Below are positions 28,076 through 37,100 of a stretch of 64,000 nt of DNA, in pieces. The stretch covers positions 85,698 to 149,697 of the forward strand of contig JBHPFU010000001.1 in the NCBI GenBank assembly GCA_042571125.1. The letters run 5' to 3'. Within the stretch, counting starts at the first letter, position 1. Each line of letters begins with the position of its first letter. The notes beneath the pieces are model-generated. The model was not told where the DNA came from. It saw nothing but the letters and a program-made list of their open reading frames with translations, and ran no database searches. Made by a program: the position numbers and the translations under genes. The stretch is from Nanobdellota archaeon (GTDB lineage Archaea; Nanobdellota; Nanobdellia; Woesearchaeales; UBA10107).

Positions 28076-28150
28076 AGCGGAGTAGGGCAGTCAGGAGTGC
28101 CCGTCGGGCTCATAACCCGGAGGTCGAAGGTTCAAATCCTTCCTCCGCTA
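28076..28150 (+). tRNA. tRNA-Met (CAU), initiator type
   Basis: AGCGGAG...CTCCGCTA gives an A1:U72 pair. The anticodon stem has three consecutive G:C pairs (GGG/CCC) around loop CTCATAA. T-arm GGTTCAAATCC. Confidence 0.8.
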
Positions 28151-28489
28151 TTCATACGGTTTGTCCCATTGAGAATCAGAATGTAATTTATGTTTGATTT
28201 GACTTTCTAGGTCTTTGAATGCTTTATGAAGCGCAATCGGAAGTTCCCATTCTGCTGCTTTTGTGGATTCAAAAACATGACTTGGACTTTGAGCTCTTAC
28301 ACTCATAGACCATTTTGAACGGTGGCCTTCTTTTTCATATTGCTTTATATGAACAACAAGCTCCATTATATTCTTCAGAAAGATCTGTATTTTTGGGAAG
28401 TATTCTTCTGTTAATCTTATAACAAGTTCTTGGTCATCTTCTTCTAACTCTTTTAATCCTACATAACTGATTATATTTTTGTTAATCAT
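28148..28489 (-). CDS. HPF/RaiA (ribosome-associated inhibitor, S30AE family)-like protein
   Basis: 113 aa. The C-terminal helix ELPIALHKAFKDLESQIKHKLH parallels the bacterial HPF/YfiA ...[21 protein letters not shown]. The beta-alpha-beta3-alpha pattern is plausible. Recognition is from memory only. Confidence 0.45.
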   Translation of the reverse strand: MINKNIISYVGLKELEEDDQELVIRLTEEYFPKIQIFLKNIMELVVHIKQYEKEGHRSKWSMSVRAQSPSHVFESTKAAEWELPIALHKAFKDLESQIKHKLHSDSQWDKPYE

Positions 28490-28565
28490 GGTTCATTCTT
28501 TTGCTTTATACTATATAAACTTTTTTACTAAAAATTTAAATAGCTTATTCGTATGTTTAAATATA

Positions 28566-29573
28566 ATGAAGGAAGCAAAGTATTGGAAAAAGCTGAAAGA
28601 TACTACAGTCCAATGTATGCTCTGTCCTCGAGCTTGTGTAATTAAAGATGGAGACCGAGGAGACTGTAGAGTTAGAGAGAATCAGAAAGGAACTTTATTT
28701 TCTATGGTCTATGGCAAGCCATGCGCAATGGTGTTAGATCCTGTAGAGAAAAAACCGCAGTATCATTTCCTGCCTGGTTCATTCTCTTTTTCAATCGGAA
28801 CCGCAGGATGCAATCTTCACTGCAAATTCTGCCAGAACTGGGAGATGTCTCAGTCAACAGAGGAGGAACTTCAAAACTATTCTTTGAGCCCAGAGCAAGT
28901 TGTACAAGAGGCATTGAAAACAGATGCAAAATCAATAGCATACACATACAATGATCCGATTGTGTTTTTTGAGTATGCTCAGGATTGCGCAAAGATAGCA
29001 AAAAAGAAAGGCCTGAAAAATATTTTTGTTACAAACTTATTCATCAACGAAGAGCCATTAAGAGAGATATGCAAAGTAATGGACGCATTTCATGTTGACC
29101 TGAAAGGTTTCAATGATAAGTTTTACAGAGAGGTAACATTGGCTTGGTTAGAACCGATTCTAAATAACCTAAAAATATTAAAAGAAGAAGGAGTTTGGTT
29201 CGAAATAATTAACTTGGTTATTCCTGGGCATAATGACAATGAAGAAGATATAAAAGAAATGTGTAAATGGATTAAGGATAATTTAGGTGTTGATGTTCCT
29301 CTGCATTTCTCAAGATTCTTTCCGTATTACGAGATGATGGACGTAGATTCAACGCCACTGAAAACATTAGAAAAGTTTTACAATATTGCTAAAAAAGCAG
29401 GATTGAAATATGTTTACCTTGGTAATGTCCGGGAAAGAGAGGATAATACTCTCTGTCCAAAATGCTCCAAAACCTTAATAAAGAGAACTTCTTTCTTTGA
29501 AGTTACTAAGAACAATATTGAAAAAGGTAAGTGCAAGTTCTGCAAAGAACCTATCGCAGGAGTGTTCAAATGA
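28566..29573 (+). CDS. amrS: AmmeMemoRadiSam-system-type radical SAM enzyme
   Basis: CNLHCKFCQNWE (CxxxCxxC). N-terminal CMLCPRAC..GDRGDCRVR cluster. C-terminal CPKC...CKFC ribbon. Likely start is MKEAKYW at 28566. Confidence 0.7.
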   Translation: MKEAKYWKKLKDTTVQCMLCPRACVIKDGDRGDCRVRENQKGTLFSMVYGKPCAMVLDPVEKKPQYHFLPGSFSFSIGTAGCNLHCKFCQNWEMSQSTEEELQNYSLSPEQVVQEALKTDAKSIAYTYNDPIVFFEYAQDCAKIAKKKGLKNIFVTNLFINEEPLREICKVMDAFHVDLKGFNDKFYREVTLAWLEPILNNLKILKEEGVWFEIINLVIPGHNDNEEDIKEMCKWIKDNLGVDVPLHFSRFFPYYEMMDVDSTPLKTLEKFYNIAKKAGLKYVYLGNVREREDNTLCPKCSKTLIKRTSFFEVTKNNIEKGKCKFCKEPIAGVFK

Positions 29574-30223
29574 CAACAATATTAGGAGTTGAGGAAGCAG
29601 GGAGAGGTCCTGTAATCGGACCGTTAGTTATGGCGGGAGTTCTGATAGATCAAGAAACAGAAGAAAATCTAATTAACATCGGTGTTAAGGATTCCAAGAT
29701 GCTAACACCAAAACAAAGAGAAGCTATGTATGATAGAATTATAAGAGCTGTCAAAGAATACAAAATCATAATTGTCCAGCCAAATGAAATTGATGATGCG
29801 GTTGAAGATAAAGAAGGATTTAACTTGAATTGGTTAGAAGCTCAAAAATCTGCAGAACTCATAAACTTGCTAAAACCAGACAAGGCAATTTTAGACTGTC
29901 CATCAACAAATATAGAAGCATATTCAGATTATGTAAAAAATCATCTGGAAAATCCAACAGAAATAATATCCGAACACAAAGCAGATGAAAGGTATCCAGT
30001 TGTTTCTGCTGCTTCAATCATAGCAAAAGTAACAAGAGACCGGGAAATTGAACGACTAAAACAAGAACATGATGTTGATTTTGGTTCAGGGTATCCTTCT
30101 GATCCGAAAACAAAAGAGTTCATAGAAAAAAATTATAGTAAGTATCCTTTTTTCAGAAAGAGCTGGAAAACATACAAAAACCTTGCAAACAATAAGAACC
30201 AAAAAACGCTAAAAGGCTTCTAG
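29570..30223 (+). CDS. rnhB: Ribonuclease HII
   Basis: ILGVEEAGRGPVIGPLVMAG (catalytic D/E region), DSKMLTP, and SGYPSD. The ATG overlaps the upstream stop (ATGA). Confidence 0.85.
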   Translation: MTTILGVEEAGRGPVIGPLVMAGVLIDQETEENLINIGVKDSKMLTPKQREAMYDRIIRAVKEYKIIIVQPNEIDDAVEDKEGFNLNWLEAQKSAELINLLKPDKAILDCPSTNIEAYSDYVKNHLENPTEIISEHKADERYPVVSAASIIAKVTRDREIERLKQEHDVDFGSGYPSDPKTKEFIEKNYSKYPFFRKSWKTYKNLANNKNQKTLKGF

Positions 30224-30315
30224 AGACGCTAAAAAGCCCGATTTTGAGGGTTTCAATACCAAAAACTTTATATATTATTGATATATCAATTTTATATACA
30301 AACAGAGGCGTTTGA

Positions 30316-33300
30316 ATGACTAAGATAAATAAGCTAATTATGCACGGTTTTAAGTCCTTTGCCAAAAGGACAGAGCTTCTCTTTACAAATGATTTTAACT
30401 GCGTTCTAGGCCCTAATGGATCTGGAAAATCTAATATTCTTGATGCTCTTTGTTTTGTTCTCGGTAAAACTTCTGCAAAAGCAATGAGGTCTGAAAATTC
30501 TGCAAGTTTAATATACAATGGCGGCAAAGCTAAAACACCTGCAAAAAATGCAGAGGTTTCAATATTTTTCGACAATAAAAACAATACTTTTCCTACAGAA
30601 GATGAAGAAGTAAAAGTAACAAGAATTGTTACACAGAAAGGTGTCTCAAAATATAAGATCAATGACCAAACAAGAACAAGAGGACAGATAATTGAATTGT
30701 TGAATCTAGCAAAGATAGATCCTAATGGATATAATATTATTCTGCAGGGAGATATTGTGAGATTCTGTGAGATGGCATCTGAAACAAGACGTGAACTAAT
30801 TGAAGAGATCTCAGGAATCTCTGTTTATGAAGATAAAAAACAAAAAGCGATAAATGAGCTAGAGAAAGTAGAAGAAAAACTAAAAGAAGCAGAAGTTGTT
30901 CTGGCAGAACGTGGAACATACTTAAAAGAATTGAAAAAAGAAAAAGAGCAAGCAGAAAAATATAAAGACTTGGATAAAAAGATTAAAACAGGAAAAGCAT
31001 CAGTTCTAAATAATCAAATTACAAAGAAAAAAGAAACTATTGAAAAATTAGAAGAAAAAATAACAAAAATCAATGAAGTTCTTAATAAAATAAGGGGAGA
31101 AACAAAAGAACTTAAAGACACGATATCAGAAAAGAAAGAACAAATAGACGAAATAAACAAAGAGATTGAAACAAAAGGCGAAAAAGAGCAAGTTTCATTG
31201 CACAAGGAAGTAGAGGAGTTAAAAGTTGGAATCGCAACTTCTAAACACAAAATTGATTCATTAAAAAATGAGATAACACGAGTTGAGCAGAGAAAAGAAC
31301 AGCTTAATGAAAATATTCGCGATATTAAAGAGAAGGTTGACGAGTTAAATGAAGAAAAGAAAGGATTTCATGAAGAGATTTCCAAAAAAGATGAAGAATT
31401 AAAAGGTGTTGAGAGTAAAATAACCCAATTCAAAAAGAAGAATGAACTTGATTCTGTGGGGGATATCGAAAAAGATGTAGATAATCTGGATAAGCAGGCA
31501 GAAGACATGCAAAAAGAAATTTCCGATCTTAGACAAGAACAACAGGAATTGCTTAGGGAAAAAGACAAACTAGAGTTTGAAATAAATACGATAGACGAAA
31601 GGATTGCCAAGGTTTTGGCAGTTGAAAAAGAAAATAAAGCACAAATTGAAGAGTTAAAAGACAAACAAAAGAAGTTCAAAGAAGCAACATCAGAACTTAC
31701 TCGAGTAATAAATGAAAACTCTTCAATTTCTGCACAATTAGGAACTGCAAGAGGATCTCTTAACTCTGCAAATGAAGAAACTTCCAAATTAAAAGCAAAA
31801 TCATTAAGTTTTAAAGAAGCATTCGAGGCAAATGCCGCAATAAGAGAGATTACAAAGCAGAAATTTAAAGGAGTTTACGGAACTGTTTCTGAACTTGGAA
31901 AGGTAAGTTCAAAGTATGCTATGGCATTAGAAATTGCCGCAGGAAGTAAAATAAAAAGCATTGTTGTTGATACTGATAGTACAGCTGCTAAATGTATTAA
32001 GTTCTTAAAAGATAACAAGCATGGAACTGCTACTTTTATTCCATTGAATAAGATACACGGAAGATCAAAAGATCCGGCTGTTGCCAATATAGCAAAATCT
32101 GACGGTGTTCACGGATTTGCTATTGACTTAGTAGATCATGAAAATAAATTCTCAAAAGCATTCTCGCATGTATTCGGATCAACATTAGTTGTTGAAAATC
32201 TTGATGTTGCAAGACGTTTAGGCATTGGAAGTGCAAAGATGGTTTCTTTAGATGGCGACCTTGCAGAGAGATCAGGAGTAATGCATGGAGGATATAGGCA
32301 GAAACAGGCAAGAATAGGATTCCAAGAAAAAGAACTTGATAAAGACCTTGCAGAATCAGAAAAGAATCTAAGAGACGCCGAACTATTAGTTACTCGGCTT
32401 GAAAAGGAAAGAGATGAGACTGAGGGCAAGATTGCAGGATTAAGAGAAACGAAATCACACTTAGAAGGGGATGTAATCAAATTAGAAAAAGCATTACATC
32501 TTGATTCAGATGACCTGAACGCATCCAATAAAAAGAAAAAAGAATGCGAACAAGGAATAAAAGATACCGAAAACAAAATTGATGAGGTAGTAAATAAAAT
32601 ATCTGAGATTAATTCTTCATTAGCTGGATTAAAAACACAGAAACAAGATCTAAGAGAGAAGATAAGCGAGTTAAGAAATCCAGTACTATTAGCAGAACTA
32701 AACACATTCGAAGAGAAAAGAAATGAAATAAAAGACGAACTATTGAAATTAAATGGAGATATGCGCAATATCGATATACAGATTGAAACAATGTTTGGTC
32801 CTGAAAATGAGAATACATTAAAAATAATCAAACAGCACGAGAAGGAGAAAGAAGATTTCGAAATTCAAATTAATGAACTTAAAACAACCATCGAAACAAA
32901 AACAAAACAATTGGCAGCTAAAGAAGAAAAAGAAGAGAAATTCAGAAAGCAATTCAAAGGATTATTTGAAAAAAGAGGAAAATTAGATGAAGAAATTGAT
33001 GGAAAAGAAGAAAAGATTGAAGTAATCAGCGATAAGATAAGAAAAGAAGAATTAATCCTAAACTCTGCTAACCTTGAATCGGCGAGATTCAAAGGAGAAT
33101 TGGCAGGATTAGACAAAGAATTTGAACAGTACGAAGGTGTTGAGCTTGATAATCAAACTCCAGAGCCAGAACTTAAGAGAAGAGTAACTCACTATGAAAA
33201 CTTATTATTAAGAATGGATACAGTTAATATGAAAGCTCTTGAAGTATATGATGATGCTGAGAAAGAATTTAGTTCTTTATTAAGTAAGAAAGATACACTC

Positions 33301-33804
33301 TCTGTTGAAAAAGAAGACGTTCTTGTGATGATGAATGAGATTGAGACAAAGAAAAAAGACTTATTTATGAAATCATTTGATGTTGTTAATGATGAATTTA
33401 GAGGAATTTTCTCAGAGCTGACAACAAAAGGAGATGCTTCTCTTGTTTTAGAGAATGTTGAGAATCCATTTGAAGGTGGCGTTCTAATCAAAGTTAAAAT
33501 TACTGGAAAGAGATTTATGGATATTAGAAGCCTATCTGGCGGTGAAAAAACAATGACTGCTCTTGCATTCATATTTGCAATCCAGGAGAACGATCCTGCC
33601 TCATTCTACGTTTTAGACGAGGTTGATGCTGCTCTTGACAAGCACAATTCCGAGAAACTAGCTAAGTTGGTTAGAAAGTACGCAGAAAGAGCACAGTATA
33701 TCATGATATCTCACAATGATGGTATGATTGCAGAAGCAGATACTTTGTATGGTATTTCTATGAATGAACATGGAATATCTAATTCTGTGAGCCTGAAGAT
33801 TTAG
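30316..33804 (+). CDS. smc: Chromosome segregation protein SMC
   Basis: Walker A GPNGSGKSN, long K/E-rich coiled coils around a hinge (GVYGTVSELG...), signature LSGGEKTMTALAFIFA, and Walker B YVLDEVDAALD. Confidence 0.9.
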   Translation: MTKINKLIMHGFKSFAKRTELLFTNDFNCVLGPNGSGKSNILDALCFVLGKTSAKAMRSENSASLIYNGGKAKTPAKNAEVSIFFDNKNNTFPTEDEEVKVTRIVTQKGVSKYKINDQTRTRGQIIELLNLAKIDPNGYNIILQGDIVRFCEMASETRRELIEEISGISVYEDKKQKAINELEKVEEKLKEAEVVLAERGTYLKELKKEKEQAEKYKDLDKKIKTGKASVLNNQITKKKETIEKLEEKITKINEVLNKIRGETKELKDTISEKKEQIDEINKEIETKGEKEQVSLHKEVEELKVGIATSKHKIDSLKNEITRVEQRKEQLNENIRDIKEKVDELNEEKKGFHEEISKKDEELKGVESKITQFKKKNELDSVGDIEKDVDNLDKQAEDMQKEISDLRQEQQELLREKDKLEFEINTIDERIAKVLAVEKENKAQIEELKDKQKKFKEATSELTRVINENSSISAQLGTARGSLNSANEETSKLKAKSLSFKEAFEANAAIREITKQKFKGVYGTVSELGKVSSKYAMALEIAAGSKIKSIVVDTDSTAAKCIKFLKDNKHGTATFIPLNKIHGRSKDPAVANIAKSDGVHGFAIDLVDHENKFSKAFSHVFGSTLVVENLDVARRLGIGSAKMVSLDGDLAERSGVMHGGYRQKQARIGFQEKELDKDLAESEKNLRDAELLVTRLEKERDETEGKIAGLRETKSHLEGDVIKLEKALHLDSDDLNASNKKKKECEQGIKDTENKIDEVVNKISEINSSLAGLKTQKQDLREKISELRNPVLLAELNTFEEKRNEIKDELLKLNGDMRNIDIQIETMFGPENENTLKIIKQHEKEKEDFEIQINELKTTIETKTKQLAAKEEKEEKFRKQFKGLFEKRGKLDEEIDGKEEKIEVISDKIRKEELILNSANLESARFKGELAGLDKEFEQYEGVELDNQTPEPELKRRVTHYENLLLRMDTVNMKALEVYDDAEKEFSSLLSKKDTLSVEKEDVLVMMNEIETKKKDLFMKSFDVVNDEFRGIFSELTTKGDASLVLENVENPFEGGVLIKVKITGKRFMDIRSLSGGEKTMTALAFIFAIQENDPASFYVLDEVDAALDKHNSEKLAKLVRKYAERAQYIMISHNDGMIAEADTLYGISMNEHGISNSVSLKI

Positions 33805-34099
33805 TTTTTTCCCTTTCTTCCACTTTTTTATCTAAATAACTTTGAAACTTATCTGAAGGATTTCCATATATTTCTATGTATAAGTGATACCCGTGAAGTG
33901 GATCTGAATCTCCAGAATTGTGTTCTAATACCACTGTTGCATCCCCATTGTGATATGCTTTTTTGGAATATGCTTTGTTAACAGTTCGTTTTACTTCCCA
34001 TACAAGAGGGTCCCCTAATATTTTTTCAGCTTCTCTAACTATTGTTGTGATATCTCCTCTTTCTCTTCCCTCGAATACCCTTCTTTGATCATAGTCCAT
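33779..34099 (-). CDS. Small cytoplasmic hypothetical protein tightly coupled to the giant secreted protein gene
   Basis: The probable start MDYDQRRV (ATG 34099-34097) lies 1 nt after the upstream TAA (34103-34101). No signal peptide. The 3' end overlaps the smc 3' end by 26 nt. Confidence 0.45.
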   Translation of the reverse strand: MDYDQRRVFEGRERGDITTIVREAEKILGDPLVWEVKRTVNKAYSKKAYHNGDATVVLEHNSGDSDPLHGYHLYIEIYGNPSDKFQSYLDKKVEEREKTKSSGSQN

Positions 34100-34100
34100 T

Positions 34101-37100
34101 TTAACACTCCCTCGTTTCTGTCCATTCTCCGCCGCCACATTCCGTTTCAACGCAGGTTCTTGATTGTTTGTCGATTAATATCCCATTCATGAAAACAGGA
34201 CATGTTGAAGGCCCCCAAGCTGTACATTCCAGCTTTGGTTGGCATTCAACACATCCTCCATCCACACATTTGTATGGACAGGTTTCTTCTTCTCTTAACT
34301 CATAACCATTAAACGCAACACAATATCCGGAAGCGCATCCTTGAGGCTGCCAGTATCTGTACACTGTATTGCCACTACAAAAGCTAGTTCCTGGAAGGAA
34401 GTCCGTACTACAATATTCTATTATGTTTTCTCTGTTGCCGCAAGAATCAGACCAATAAGCATTTCCGTCATAACAAACACGCTGGCTTTGTGATTGACAT
34501 TCTATACAACTTCCATCTGAACATCCATCTGTGCAGCTTTCTTTTTCTTGATGCTCATTGTCATAAGTACAATACGAATCAATTGTTCCTGGATTTACAC
34601 AATCATACTCTCTGAATTGCTGCCATACTTCATCTCCATCACAGTAAGGAGAGTTAACCCAATCATCACTGCCGCAGTCAGAATTAAAACTACATTCAAA
34701 ATCAATACAAGATCCGTCTTGGCAGGCATCATCACAAGTTTCTTTTGTTACTGTTTCAACTTTACAGGAATGGAATACACATTTTCCCACATTATTAATT
34801 ACAGAATCCACTTCGCAATAATCTCCACTATCCAAATGAGAACAGTCATTATCTGTCATGCACTCTGAATGACCAGTATACAAGTAATTTAATTCATTAT
34901 ATCTATCTAAATTTTTAGCTCGGTTAGTATCCACAACTCCGAATAGATTGTTACTTCCTTTCCACCACACATCATTGTGCTCTAAAAAGAAGCCTCCGGC
35001 ATATTGCTGCGAAAGATTCCATTGTCCTTCTGCATCTTCTAAATCCTGTCCAAATTCTCCAAGTAAATACGCTCTTCCTTGCGGAGCAGAAATATTAAAT
35101 TCACCTTGCAGTTCCTGTGCAGAAGATGTGCGTGCATTTATTGCAATGATATCTGCATTAATGCTATTAAGATTTGCAGAAGAACCAGGATGTTTAGAGT
35201 ACATTATTGGTTTTGAAGATGAGTCAATACTCCTTACATAATCATTCAGACTGTTTAGATAATCTGCTATGTTAACGCCCCAGTTAAACCATGCATGATT
35301 CCAGCTTCCGTAAACTTCACTTCCAATCCCCCAGGCAATAACTGCAGGAGAATCTCCGTACCTTTCAACAATTTTTCTTATAGTATCTTTAGCAACATCT
35401 AGGTCATTCAAATCAGTAGTCCAAGGATAGTTTCCTGAGAAATCTTCTTCCTGCACCCAATAACCTATTATTAACTTCATATTGTTATTTTCGCTGAAGT
35501 TTATAATCCTGTCAAAAACCCATTCTTGTAGATCTCCTTGAATAATTTCATCTTCACTAACTCCATTAAGATTTCTGTCATGCCACCATCCAGAAGAATA
35601 AGTTCTTATTGTATTGACTCCAAGAGATTTCATAGTTTCTAGATCATACTGAATCATCTCCCAAGTTTGTATCTTTCCATCGCCATTATAATCTGTTATT
35701 TGCACTTCTCCGTTTTCTGTAACAAAGGAGGTTATATCTTCGTATTCTCCTGGGAATTGACTTTGCCCCGGAGAAGGACCGGTTGTAGATATCCACGGCG
35801 CATAACTTACCCCTTTAATTAAAAAAAGACTTTTATTGACATATATTTTTCCATCGACTATTCTGACAAATTCATCATCAGGATCGCAACTATCCCCAAT
35901 TCCGTCATTGTCCGTATCACTTTGATCAGGATTGTAATTATAAGGACAGTTATCGCAAGAGTCTCCAACCCCATCAAGTAATTCTTCTACATCAAAGTAA
36001 TATGTGTAGATACCATCCATATTTTGGAACCAGGTATCAATCTCAACATCCCCAGATCCGTTTGTTATAAAATAATTGCTAACCGTAAATGTATATTCGT
36101 GCCATTCACCATCCCATCCGTCATTCACAATATGTACAAGATCACAGTCTCTTAAACTTCCATAATCAGGACTAAACCTCCAGCATTCTACAAAGCCATT
36201 ATTTCCTGCAAACCTTATGTATGCTCCTGAGTTCCCGTCTCTTACCCCTGAAATATCTCCTTCTCCTTTAAGAGCCCAAGATATAGTTGATCCTTGTTTA
36301 AGATTAACTGTTTGTTTTATGTGTTCATAGCCCCAATGGGCTTGTCTTATTCTGGCTGAATGATTTCCCCAGTAACTTTCAGAATCAACAACATCAGAAT
36401 AACTATAGTAACTGCTTGTATCTGTGTATGAATCAGTTGCCCATCCTTGTTTATCTCCTGATTCAAATCCTATGTTGTGTCCAATAAGAGGATCAGAATC
36501 ATTTTGATCATAATTTGATATTAAAGGGCAGTTATCTTCATCGTCATAAAGTCCATCTGTATCAGCATCATCGCATACTTCATCAACTTCTCCATCACAG
36601 TCATTATCAATTCCATGGTCGCAAACTTCAGGACTAGGACCGGTTCCATTTTTTATGACATCTTTTAAATCAAATTCTTTTCTATAATAATCCAGCTTAA
36701 TCCTTCCTGTTGCTCCTGTTGTGAATGTCCAGTATTTTTTTACTCTTACATAAAGCCTGTACCATCCTTGGTCTAGGTTTCCGCTCCACGAACTTCCATC
36801 ATTACTATATTCAAATATTCTCCCCCCAGTATAACTTCCATCTCTATCTGCATGGTACATCTCAAATTCTGACCATGCTTCTTGTCGTGCTTCAAATTCA
36901 GCATGAGCAGGAGCGCCGTTATAATTAACATAAAACCATTCACTCTCTGATTTTGTTGGTTCTCCAAAAAGACCGCCACCTGTATTCACATCAACTCGTG
37001 TATGTTCTGGAAACAACCAAACACTATCTTCTACATATTCTAATTCTTGCGTACACGCACAGTTTGACAATCTATTATCAATCAGACCATCTCCGTCATC

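Noticed and set aside
27212-28150. tRNA-Ser and tRNA-iMet flanking two small genes, considered as a possible integrated element
   Set aside because: I saw no integrase, no direct repeat of a tRNA 3' end, and no compositional break. The content (a membrane peptide and a NUDIX hydrolase) is ordinary.
30153-30662. 169-aa minus-strand ORF spanning the rnhB end, the intergenic region and the smc start
   Set aside because: It overlaps two well-supported plus-strand genes and their promoter region, and has hydrophobic, low-complexity composition.
30737-33572. Numerous 60-230-aa ORFs antisense to smc (for example 31368-31787, 32136-32831, 33192-33572)
   Set aside because: Their S/F/L/I-rich translations are the mirror image of the K/E-rich coiled-coil codons on the sense strand. 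They lie wholly inside a confidently called gene and have no motifs.
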